A DNA stretch of 40,319 nt from Endomicrobiia bacterium (GTDB lineage Bacteria > Elusimicrobiota > Endomicrobiia > DTEH01), in contig JBKBRH010000001.1 in NCBI GenBank assembly GCA_046292225.1, positions 1 to 40,319 of the forward strand, read 5' to 3'. Each line of letters starts with the position of its first letter. Position 1 is the first letter of the stretch. The notes beneath the pieces were generated by a model that saw only the letters and a list, made by a program, of their open reading frames with translations, made no database searches and was not told where the DNA came from. Below, piece by piece: positions 9,157 to 18,188 of this stretch. The position numbers and the translations under genes are program-made.

Positions 9157-9840
9157 TTAACTTATTAATTTTAAAGTTTCATCTTTGCCTATGTTAAAAA
9201 TCATATCTATAATTGATAAATTCGCTATAAATTCACCATAAAGTTGTGGATAGTTTGGTGTTGTATATTCTTGAAATATTACTTTTATATTGTTTTCTTC
9301 AAACTCTTCAACTACTAAATAGTTTTTAGCACCAATTCCTGAAATATATATTTCAGCATTTAATTTCCTACATATATTTATTAACCTTTTTGTTTTTTCA
9401 CCTTCAACTTTTAGATCAGAAGAATTTATTATTTTTTTTTCAATACCTAAATAAGACAAAATTGTTTTTATCGAAGAAATGTTTAAATCTATCAACATTT
9501 CATATTTTTTGGTTAAAAGATTTTCAATATGTGGAAAAAATTCGTTAAAATATTTTGATTTTTGATAGTTGTATTTTATTGTTTTTAAATGATCTTTATT
9601 CCATAAAATTTTATTATCAATTTTTATTTCATTAATTTTTTGTCCGAACCTATAATGTACAGGAACTGTTAAATATATCTCGCCTTTAGAAGATTTTATT
9701 CTGTTTCTATTTTGCCATTCATTCTTTTTATACTGAACATCGTCAAGAAATACAAAAATGTCACTTTTTAACAATTTGTTAAAATAGCCGCTCCAGGGTA
9801 AATATTGTGGTTGATGGATTGCTATCTTCATTTTATTCAA
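9157..9840 (-). CDS. WbqC-family protein (function unknown, polysaccharide loci)
   Basis: 227 aa. The N-terminal MKIAIHQPQYLPWSGYFNKLLKSDIFVFLDDVQYKKNEWQNRNRI matches the WbqC family signature as I recall it. Confidence 0.8.
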   Translation of the reverse strand: MNKMKIAIHQPQYLPWSGYFNKLLKSDIFVFLDDVQYKKNEWQNRNRIKSSKGEIYLTVPVHYRFGQKINEIKIDNKILWNKDHLKTIKYNYQKSKYFNEFFPHIENLLTKKYEMLIDLNISSIKTILSYLGIEKKIINSSDLKVEGEKTKRLINICRKLNAEIYISGIGAKNYLVVEEFEENNIKVIFQEYTTPNYPQLYGEFIANLSIIDMIFNIGKDETLKLIS

Positions 9841-11230
9841 CGAATATTGGATTTGTTGCTATTTTATGTGGATATTTTGATTCAATATATATTCTATAAT
9901 ATGACATTTCTTTAGGTTTTTGTTCTTTAAAAGTTATTTTTGCTGGTGTTGTAATTTCTTTTTGTAAGACAACATTATTATTACGAATTATATAAATTTT
10001 TGTCAATAAATTTTTGTTTGTAGAAGTAACTATTTCAAAATCTATTGAAATGATATTGTCGTCTATTTTGTATTTATTCCCCCAAATTCTTTCTTTATTA
10101 CAAAATTTGAAATTTTTCAGTATTAACTCTTCATCTTCACTACACCATAATGAATAAAAATTTCCATTTTTTAATGCAGAAACTATGTTCTTATAATTTT
10201 TTTCCTCAACATACAAAACATTTTTTCTTATATTTATAGGATCAATTGTTTCACCAAAATCTAATTCTGAATAACAAAAAATAGGTTTTTTCCTTTTCCC
10301 TTGACAATATTCTGTCAACAGAAAATCCCATATCCCGCAAATGTTACCAATTTTTCTATACCCTTCAGGAAAAATACTAAATCCGTCATAGTTGTATGTT
10401 TTTATTAACGAGTCGTAGTAAGGTTTTGTTTGAGTATAAATTTTTAATTTTTTATAACTTTTTATAAGAAATTTTTTCTCATAATTACAAGCTTCTGGAT
10501 GTGCCCAAATTATAATATAGTTAGAATCTTTTATCTGTGTTAAATTGTTCACATAATCAATTAAGTTTTGGTACGGTTTTTCAACAAAATTTTTATATTG
10601 GTGGTACTGATAATATTTAAATGGATAATTTATAGCAAGTAGGATTAAAGAAAAAAATATAATTGTTTTTAACTTTAAAATGACGCCAGCTAACAAAACT
10701 ACTAAAGGCCATAGATATAAAATTTTTACCTTATTTATGTTTTCGTTATTTATTACAGGAAGATTTATATAAAAATTTTTATCGTCAGCAATTATAAGCA
10801 TATGTTTATGTAAATTATTTATTATTAGTTCATTTTTCTCATATTGAGTTGACCAAAAATAATGAGGAGTAACTTCCACTCCAGGAATTAAAATAACATT
10901 TTTTTGTTTAGAGTTAACTTTGTCAATCTCATTTATATATTTTTCCAACCCTATTTTCATAACTGACGCTAAAGATACACTTTTTTTCAAACTTCCTCTA
11001 AATGGCCATAGACCAAATTCCACTTTTTGTAAATAATGATCAGTTAACACAACAGCGTCTATATTATTTTTTTTGCACAATTCTACAATTTCTTCTATAG
11101 TATATTTGCTTCCACTATAATTAGAATGAATATGTAAAACACAATTTATAGTTATAAATTTTTCGCTGCACAAACTTAAACTTAAAAATGCTAAAATTGG
11201 AAAAAAAGTTTTAAATTTTATAATTTTCAT
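9833..11230 (-). CDS. Membrane-associated PHP-domain metallohydrolase-like protein
   Basis: 465 aa. It has an N-terminal hydrophobic signal or anchor (FFPILAFLSLSLC). PHP motifs are LHIHSNYS (H33-x-H35), VVLTDHY and GVEV, later WAHPE and ELDFG. A hydrophobic hairpin at about residues 170-203 (10622..10723) splits the domain. Confidence 0.6.
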   Translation of the reverse strand: MKIIKFKTFFPILAFLSLSLCSEKFITINCVLHIHSNYSGSKYTIEEIVELCKKNNIDAVVLTDHYLQKVEFGLWPFRGSLKKSVSLASVMKIGLEKYINEIDKVNSKQKNVILIPGVEVTPHYFWSTQYEKNELIINNLHKHMLIIADDKNFYINLPVINNENINKVKILYLWPLVVLLAGVILKLKTIIFFSLILLAINYPFKYYQYHQYKNFVEKPYQNLIDYVNNLTQIKDSNYIIIWAHPEACNYEKKFLIKSYKKLKIYTQTKPYYDSLIKTYNYDGFSIFPEGYRKIGNICGIWDFLLTEYCQGKRKKPIFCYSELDFGETIDPINIRKNVLYVEEKNYKNIVSALKNGNFYSLWCSEDEELILKNFKFCNKERIWGNKYKIDDNIISIDFEIVTSTNKNLLTKIYIIRNNNVVLQKEITTPAKITFKEQKPKEMSYYRIYIESKYPHKIATNPIFVE

Positions 11231-11248
11231 ATATAGAAAATGTCATAT

Positions 11249-12403
11249 TTATAATTCATTATAAAGTTTTTCAAGTAAATAGATCATTCTTTCAACACTG
11301 AATTTAGGAAAACCCTCAACAGTTTCAGATACAAACATTTTTGCATTTTGTCCTAATTGATATCTCAAATTTTTATCTTTTATAAGTTTCAAGATTGCTT
11401 GGGCTAATTTTAAAGAATCTTTGGCTGGCACTAAAAGACCTGTTTTGTTATCAATTATTATAGAAGGTATACCTTGAATCTTTGTTGCAACCACGGGTTT
11501 AGCTAACATACACGCCATAACAATTGTCTTCCCCATACCTTCATTAACTGAAGGTTGAACATATATATCCATCAATGAAATAAGATCAACAACATCATCT
11601 CGCATACCTGTAAAAACAACTTTGTCTTCTATATTTAACTTTTTTGTTTTCAATTCTAAAATTTTTCTTTCAGTACCATCTCCTACAATAAGAAAAACAA
11701 TTGGTTGTAAATTTTCAGAGTTGAGAATAAAAGGTATAGCATCAATAAAATATTTTATTCCTTTTACAGGTTCAAGTCGTGCTACAGTACCTATTATTAT
11801 ACTGTTTTTTGATATGTTTAATTCTTTTAATAATCTTTCATTTTTAAATTCATAATGTTTATTTATATTTTCAACACCGCTATGGATTATTATCCATTTT
11901 TGTGGTTTACCTATACCAAATTTAACTGATTCATTTTTTTCTCCTTCAGTAAGTGCAACAAGTTTATCAGTAATTTTTGCAGTTATTCTTTCAAGGAAAA
12001 GAAAAAATAAACTTTTAATCTTGCTAAAATATCCGTAAAAGACATGTCCGTGCGGTGTGTGAACAATTTTTTTTACCGAACCTGACAACCACGCAGACCA
12101 TCGGCCTAAAAAACCTGCTTTTGACGAATGAGTATGAATTATATCCGGTTTTTCTTTCTTAATAATTTTATAAATCTTCCAGAAAGCAATTATATCTTTT
12201 ATTGGCGAGATTTCTCTAACAAGTTCATCAATTCTATATTGAGTAAATTGTAAATTTAACTTACAGGTTTGACTTTTCCCATAAATTAAAACTATATCAT
12301 ATTTTTCTTTATCAAGATTCTTGCAAGTAACTAAAACATTTTCAGCAGAACCACCTTTATCTAACCTTGTGATTATATGAACAATTTTAATTTTTTTTAA
12401 CAT
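11249..12403 (-). CDS. GT4-family glycosyltransferase
   Basis: 384 aa with N-terminal IVHIITRLDKGGSAENV. The C-terminal NEGMGKTIVMACMLAKPVVAT is an EX7E-like region in which the second Glu is replaced by Met. Confidence 0.85.
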   Translation of the reverse strand: MLKKIKIVHIITRLDKGGSAENVLVTCKNLDKEKYDIVLIYGKSQTCKLNLQFTQYRIDELVREISPIKDIIAFWKIYKIIKKEKPDIIHTHSSKAGFLGRWSAWLSGSVKKIVHTPHGHVFYGYFSKIKSLFFLFLERITAKITDKLVALTEGEKNESVKFGIGKPQKWIIIHSGVENINKHYEFKNERLLKELNISKNSIIIGTVARLEPVKGIKYFIDAIPFILNSENLQPIVFLIVGDGTERKILELKTKKLNIEDKVVFTGMRDDVVDLISLMDIYVQPSVNEGMGKTIVMACMLAKPVVATKIQGIPSIIIDNKTGLLVPAKDSLKLAQAILKLIKDKNLRYQLGQNAKMFVSETVEGFPKFSVERMIYLLEKLYNEL

Positions 12404-13244
12404 ATGCCATTATTGAAGGAGCAATACAAATTTTTTTAAAAGAAAGAAAATATAAAATTTGAGAAATAAAAGAAACTAAAAACTTAGCAAAAATGATAAC
12501 TATTTTATACCCTGTTTTATATGGGTCTCCTTTTGTAAACGAAGAATTTAAAATTTTTATATCGCTAAAACCAACATTTTGTAATAATTTTTTTAGCGTT
12601 TTAGGTGTAAAAGAATATAAATGTACAACCGATGGATAAAGACCAAAAAACTTAAAAAATTTCTTATATTTTCCTAAATTACAATGCCAAAGTCCATTAC
12701 GAACACGGACAATTAATATTCCATCCTTTTTCAATATTCTTTTAATTTCTTTAATTTCTTTTTTTGGATCCATAAAAAAATCTAGCACATCAATAAGTGT
12801 GATAACATCAAATTCTTCATCTTTAATTTCTATTAGATTTTTCTGCTCAACTTGTATCCCAAACTTTTCTCTTGCAAGTTTAATAGCAGAAGGATTGATC
12901 TCTACACCATACACATCCCAACCAAAATCTTTCGCTATTTTTAAGAAATAACCATTGCCACAGCCTATGTCAAGAATTCTTCCTTTCTTTTTAATCTTTT
13001 GAATTTTATTTATAATTTTAATAAATAAGTATTTTTTTGAAAAAATAAAACTTTCTTCATTTTCTACTGAAAACGCTTCAAAAAATTTTTTAAATTCTTT
13101 CTGTGGTGATCTGGGATTTTTATATATTAATCCACATTTTCTACATTTAACTACTGTTTCAGCATCATACTCAAGAAGTTTCACTGTATCATCTATACCA
13201 CAAATATTACAAACAATGTATTCAAAGTTATTGAAGTTTATCAT
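12387..13244 (-). CDS. Class I SAM-dependent methyltransferase with N-terminal zinc ribbon
   Basis: 285 aa. The zinc ribbon is CNICG...CRKCGLIY and SAM motif I is ILDIGCGNGYF. Confidence 0.8.
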   Translation of the reverse strand: MINFNNFEYIVCNICGIDDTVKLLEYDAETVVKCRKCGLIYKNPRSPQKEFKKFFEAFSVENEESFIFSKKYLFIKIINKIQKIKKKGRILDIGCGNGYFLKIAKDFGWDVYGVEINPSAIKLAREKFGIQVEQKNLIEIKDEEFDVITLIDVLDFFMDPKKEIKEIKRILKKDGILIVRVRNGLWHCNLGKYKKFFKFFGLYPSVVHLYSFTPKTLKKLLQNVGFSDIKILNSSFTKGDPYKTGYKIVIIFAKFLVSFISQILYFLSFKKICIAPSIMAYVKKN

Positions 13245-16200
13245 TTGTTTACTAAAATCAAAAACAACTCTTCTATTTTGTCAACTACTTTCTTCCAGGA
13301 AAAATTTTCAACTACATATTGTCTACATTTTTTGCTTATATCAGCAAATTTCTCTTTGTCTATTTTTAAGAACTCTTTTATTTTTTTTACCATAGCTTGA
13401 GGAGCATTATCTTCAAATAACAAATCCAATTTTGATAAAATTTCTACAGTCCCACCGACAGGCGTGCCTAAAACAGGCGTGCCACAGGAAAGCGATTCAA
13501 TTGTAACAAGTCCAAACCCTTCAAGTTCTTTAGTAGGTAATACAAACAAATCTGCTGATTGATAATATTTGGGCAGAATTTCATCCGGTACAAAACCAGT
13601 AAATTTTACGAAATTATCCAACCCAAGTTCTCTTGTTAACAACTTTAATTTTTCTTCAAGAAATCCACTGCCACAAATAACTAAAAATAAATTTTTATCA
13701 TCTCTAATTAAATCTCTAAAAGCAAAAAGTAAATTTTCTAACCCCATTCTCGGAACTAAGTTTCTAACTGTTAAAAGAATTTTTTTATCAACAGGCAACT
13801 GCAATTCCTTTCTTATAGAAACACGGTCTTCTTTAGGTGAAAACTTCTGTATATCCACTCCTCCCGGGATTAAACAAATTTTTTCATCCAGAATTTTATG
13901 ATATTCTTTAATTAATCTTTTAGTATACTCGCTAAGAAGAATTACCTTCTTACAAGAATTTACCACATCAACTTCCAACTTTTTTCTTAAATACGAATTT
14001 ATTTTATAAAAAACTTTAGGAAAATTTTTATTTTTTGCTCTTATCTCATATTCAACATGCCACGGAGAATAAAAATAATACACCTGCGGAATGTTTTTTA
14101 TTTTTTTAACATTTTTTACTAAAAAACCGCTAAATGGATGATGATAATTGACAATATCAAAATTAATCTCACCTAAAAATTGGGTAATAATTTTTCTAAC
14201 TTGTAAATACGACAACAATAAATTATATGGATAAGATTTATATCTATAAATTTCACGAGAATTTATCGTTTGATATAAAGGATAACCTTTTTTTCGTAAC
14301 ATTGTAAGATTAAAAATTTTATGTCCTCTTTTAGCTAATTCGTTAGAAATTTCAGATACCATTCTACTAGAACCACCTTCTTCATCTTCAAAAATAAAAT
14401 CTGAAACCATAAGAATTTTTAGTTTTCTTTTAAATGGTTTATATTTTTCTTTCAAACTTGGTAGATGAATATCATAAATTTTTTTCCATGTATCAAAAAT
14501 TAACAAACTCCATATTTGGTCAGCAAAATTTTTTTTTCTTGAGACATGTTGTTGCCACATATTTTTGATAAATTCATAATTAAAATAATCCTTATACTCT
14601 TCTTTTTTGATAAATTCACTAACCTGTGTGTAAAATACATCCGAAAGCCATCGTCCAAGAGGAATCATAAACCCCATTTTTTTCTGAGCAACAATTTCTT
14701 TAGGGAAATATCTCTCTAAAAGTTTTCTTAACAAATATTTTAAAGTAAACCCTTTTATCTTTAACGAAGCAGGTATTTCTGCAGCAAACTCTACTATCCG
14801 ATGGTCACAAAACGGCACCCTTAATTCAATTGAATTTGCCATACTCATCCTATCGCCCATATAAAGTAAATCGTCAACAAGATAGGTATTTATGTCTACA
14901 AACATTATTCTATCTAACAATTCTTCATTTAATACTGACTCAAAATATTTTTTATGTACATCATAACAAGAATAATTTTTTAATACATCTTTAAACTCTG
15001 TTGAATAAAATTGTTGTTTATCTTCATTATACAAATACGAAACAAAAGATATATATCTATCAACTTCAGAAAAAGATAAGCCAAAAAGAAAACGTTTTAC
15101 TCGTCCCGTGATGTTATCTGAAGAATAGTTTTCAGGAATTTTATTTAACAACTTTGTAGAAACACGAATTTTGGGGAACAACCGTGCAAATTTCATCCCT
15201 AAGTATCTTGGATAACCACAGAAAAGTTCATCCCCACCTATACCTGTTAACGCAACAGTCAATTTTTCTTTTGTCAGTTTTGAAATAAGATATGTCACCA
15301 CACTAGATGAATCAGCAAACGGTTGGTCAAAAAACAACGGTAGTTTTCTTAACAGTTCATTAACTATTTCAGGTTCGACAATATATTCAAAATGGTTAGT
15401 ATTTAACAGTTGTGAAACTATTTTTGCTTTGTTTAACTCGTTAAACGATTTTTCTTTAGACGAGTAGCCGATAGTAAAAGTATTCACATTTTTATTAAGT
15501 ACCTTGCAAGCGTAACTACATATTGTAGAAGAATCTCTACCACCTGAAAGAAAAACACCTACAGGAACATCAGAAATTAAATGTTGTTTAACAACTTTTT
15601 TCAGTATATCATCTAATTTTTCTAAATAATAATTTTCCGAATATTGAGTTTTGTTAAACCTCAAGTTCCAGTAATTTTTAATTTCTATCTTTTTTTGTCT
15701 ATACACCAGATAATGTGCTTGTGGCAACTGATAAATGTTATTAAAAATAGTTTGAGGTGATGGAATATATAGAAATGTCAAGTATTGGTCTAAAGCAGCA
15801 ATATTTATTTCTTTTGAAACATTGTGGCAGCACAAAATAGATTTTATCTCAGAAGCAAAGATAAGATTTCCATCAATTATAGCATAATATAACGGTTTTA
15901 TTCCGAGACGGTCCCTCGCAAGAAAAAGTTGTTTTTTTTCAGTATCCCAAACTGCAAAAGCAAACATACCATATAAGTGTTCTACACAAGATTCTTTATA
16001 TTCTTCATATAAATGAACAATTACTTCTGTATCAGTTTTTGTGCAAAACTTATGTCCTTTTGATTCAAGTTCAGCACGGAGTTCAACAAAATTGTATATT
16101 TCTCCATTAAAAATTACTACAATAGATTTATTTTCGTTATAAACAGGTTGGTTGCCAGTTGCAAGGTCAATAATTGCAAGCCGTCTTACACCTAAAGTTA

Positions 16201-16315
16201 CATCGGTATCGCTAAAATATCCCTCGCTATCAGGACCACGATGAACCAACATTTTAGTCATTTTCCGAATAAGTTCATCATCTTTAAACCCTACAAAACC
16301 GCATATCCCACACAT
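13241..16315 (-). CDS. Fusion protein: glutamine-hydrolysing asparagine-synthase-like amidotransferase (N) plus GT4 glycosyltransferase (C)
   Basis: 1024 aa. The Ntn nucleophile is MCGICGF and the PP-loop is FLSGGRDSS. The AsnB-like part runs to about residue 615. A GT4 domain follows from KLKILMVSDF (Met636, ATG 14410) and carries EX7E ELEGFGLVTIESLSCGTPV. Confidence 0.9.
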   Translation of the reverse strand: MCGICGFVGFKDDELIRKMTKMLVHRGPDSEGYFSDTDVTLGVRRLAIIDLATGNQPVYNENKSIVVIFNGEIYNFVELRAELESKGHKFCTKTDTEVIVHLYEEYKESCVEHLYGMFAFAVWDTEKKQLFLARDRLGIKPLYYAIIDGNLIFASEIKSILCCHNVSKEINIAALDQYLTFLYIPSPQTIFNNIYQLPQAHYLVYRQKKIEIKNYWNLRFNKTQYSENYYLEKLDDILKKVVKQHLISDVPVGVFLSGGRDSSTICSYACKVLNKNVNTFTIGYSSKEKSFNELNKAKIVSQLLNTNHFEYIVEPEIVNELLRKLPLFFDQPFADSSSVVTYLISKLTKEKLTVALTGIGGDELFCGYPRYLGMKFARLFPKIRVSTKLLNKIPENYSSDNITGRVKRFLFGLSFSEVDRYISFVSYLYNEDKQQFYSTEFKDVLKNYSCYDVHKKYFESVLNEELLDRIMFVDINTYLVDDLLYMGDRMSMANSIELRVPFCDHRIVEFAAEIPASLKIKGFTLKYLLRKLLERYFPKEIVAQKKMGFMIPLGRWLSDVFYTQVSEFIKKEEYKDYFNYEFIKNMWQQHVSRKKNFADQIWSLLIFDTWKKIYDIHLPSLKEKYKPFKRKLKILMVSDFIFEDEEGGSSRMVSEISNELAKRGHKIFNLTMLRKKGYPLYQTINSREIYRYKSYPYNLLLSYLQVRKIITQFLGEINFDIVNYHHPFSGFLVKNVKKIKNIPQVYYFYSPWHVEYEIRAKNKNFPKVFYKINSYLRKKLEVDVVNSCKKVILLSEYTKRLIKEYHKILDEKICLIPGGVDIQKFSPKEDRVSIRKELQLPVDKKILLTVRNLVPRMGLENLLFAFRDLIRDDKNLFLVICGSGFLEEKLKLLTRELGLDNFVKFTGFVPDEILPKYYQSADLFVLPTKELEGFGLVTIESLSCGTPVLGTPVGGTVEILSKLDLLFEDNAPQAMVKKIKEFLKIDKEKFADISKKCRQYVVENFSWKKVVDKIEELFLILVNK

Positions 16316-16318
16316 AAT

Positions 16319-17416
16319 TTAATCCTTAACACATAGATTAAAAACTTCTAACAACTTTTTTACCATTTTTTCTGTAGAATAATTTTTTACTCTTTCAAAA
16401 CCTTTTTGTATTAACTCGTTGCGTAAAGAGTGTTTCTCTAAAACAATTTTTATTTTTCCTTTTATCTCTTCAACATCATAGGGATTAAAATATAAACAAG
16501 CATCGCCAAGAATCTCTGGCATACTTGAAGTGTTTGAACTTATAACAGGACAACCACAAGCCATAGCTTCTAAAGGCGGCAGACCAAACCCTTCGTATAA
16601 AGATGGGAAAACAAACAATTCTGCACCACTATATAGTGCTGCTAAATCATCATCAGGTACATTTTCAATTACTATGTAGTTATCTGATTTATCAGGCTCA
16701 ATAAATTTAGCAACTACGGTTCTTCTGTCCCCAATTAACACTAATGTGTAATCTTGTCTTATTTCTTTCTGTAGTATTTTATATGCCTCAATAAGATTTT
16801 TAACATTCTTATGTGGACTAAAATTGCCAACATAAAGAATATATTTTTTGTAAATGCCGTATTTATTTTTTATCTCAAAAATTTTCTGTGTGGTCTGAGG
16901 TACAAATCTTTCATCAACTGACAAATAAACAACTTCTATTTTTTCTTCAGGTAAAGATAAATGTTCAATCAAGTCATTTTTTGTTGAATTAGAACAGGTA
17001 AGAGTTTTTTTTACTTTTTTGGAAGCAATCTTGATAAAATTTTTTATATGAATTCTATTCTTCAACTGATTTCTATATGGCTTAACCATAAGATATATAA
17101 CATCAAAAAGAGAATTTATTAAAGGGATATCAGAAAAAATTGGTACTTTATAATAAGGTGAAAAAAACAAATCTAAATTATTTTTTTCTAAAACATTTTT
17201 TAATTTAAACTGGTCCCAAAAGAAAGTAATTTTTCCTGGTATAACTATTTTTTTATATTCAGAAAATACTTCGTTTTGAAAATTAGTATATTGATTTCCG
17301 AAAAGGACAAATTCAAATTCTTTATATGCCCTTGCTTTCTTAAGAAACTCAATTAAGAATCTACCGATTCCTGTAATCTTTCCTTTAAGTTCTCTACAAT
17401 CAATACCTATCTTCAT
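16319..17416 (-). CDS. GT4-family glycosyltransferase
   Basis: 365 aa with EX7E region YEGFGLPPLEAMACGCPVISS. Confidence 0.85.
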   Translation of the reverse strand: MKIGIDCRELKGKITGIGRFLIEFLKKARAYKEFEFVLFGNQYTNFQNEVFSEYKKIVIPGKITFFWDQFKLKNVLEKNNLDLFFSPYYKVPIFSDIPLINSLFDVIYLMVKPYRNQLKNRIHIKNFIKIASKKVKKTLTCSNSTKNDLIEHLSLPEEKIEVVYLSVDERFVPQTTQKIFEIKNKYGIYKKYILYVGNFSPHKNVKNLIEAYKILQKEIRQDYTLVLIGDRRTVVAKFIEPDKSDNYIVIENVPDDDLAALYSGAELFVFPSLYEGFGLPPLEAMACGCPVISSNTSSMPEILGDACLYFNPYDVEEIKGKIKIVLEKHSLRNELIQKGFERVKNYSTEKMVKKLLEVFNLCVKD

Positions 17417-18188
17417 TATTTAACAGGTTGTGTTTGTCATAAATTTCTAAAAACTTAAAATAAGAAAACATAATAGTCAGTGCACTTGAAACACTTATAA
17501 AAAATCCTCGCCATCCGTCTGTAAAACCTTTAAGTAAAATGTATTTCATAATAAAAAAATATATTGGTCTTATAAAAATTTCTTTTACAAAATTTTTAAA
17601 AGACGGTTTTAGAGTTGCCTTGTAGTATTCAATTGCATATCTATCAGTATATCTCTTAAACTTATCAATCCAGTCATTTATGCTCTCATACGAGTAATGT
17701 AAAAGATCATTTTTTAAATAAAAAACTTTGTCACTTTTAAGTTTACCGTTGGTATGAATATTTTCTTCAAATTCAATACTTCCTTTTTTAAAAATTCTTG
17801 GGATATAAGAAGGATACCAACCACAAGTTTTTATCCATCTACCAACAAAAAAGGTTTTCACAGGAACATAATAAATATCAGCAAGATTTCTTGATATACT
17901 GGTTTTTATTTCTTCTTTCAACTCTTCAGTTATAACTTCATCTGCTTCTATTAATAATATCCAGTCATTAGATGCTTTAGATATTCCAAAACTCCTATCA
18001 GGATTACAAATTCCTTTCGGCTCTGTTATAAAAATTTTATCAGTATATTTTTTTGCTATATCAACTGTTTTATCAGTAGATGATTGATCTACAACTATTA
18101 TCTCATCACACCATTTGATACTTTTTAGACATCTTTCTATTTTTTTCTCTTCATTTCTTACTATTAAACAAGCAGAAATTTTATTCAT
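17400..18188 (-). CDS. GT2-family glycosyltransferase
   Basis: 262 aa. Motifs are ISACLIVRNEEKKIERCLKS, EIIVVDQSSTDKT and LLIEADE. Confidence 0.85.
   Translation of the reverse strand: MNKISACLIVRNEEKKIERCLKSIKWCDEIIVVDQSSTDKTVDIAKKYTDKIFITEPKGICNPDRSFGISKASNDWILLIEADEVITEELKEEIKTSISRNLADIYYVPVKTFFVGRWIKTCGWYPSYIPRIFKKGSIEFEENIHTNGKLKSDKVFYLKNDLLHYSYESINDWIDKFKRYTDRYAIEYYKATLKPSFKNFVKEIFIRPIYFFIMKYILLKGFTDGWRGFFISVSSALTIMFSYFKFLEIYDKHNLLNNEDRY

Noticed and set aside
9833-11230. PHP domain as a fragment of a DNA polymerase (PolIII alpha or PolX).
   Set aside because: No polymerase, OB or exonuclease regions are present. The protein has a signal or anchor and a TM hairpin, and it sits in a glycan locus.
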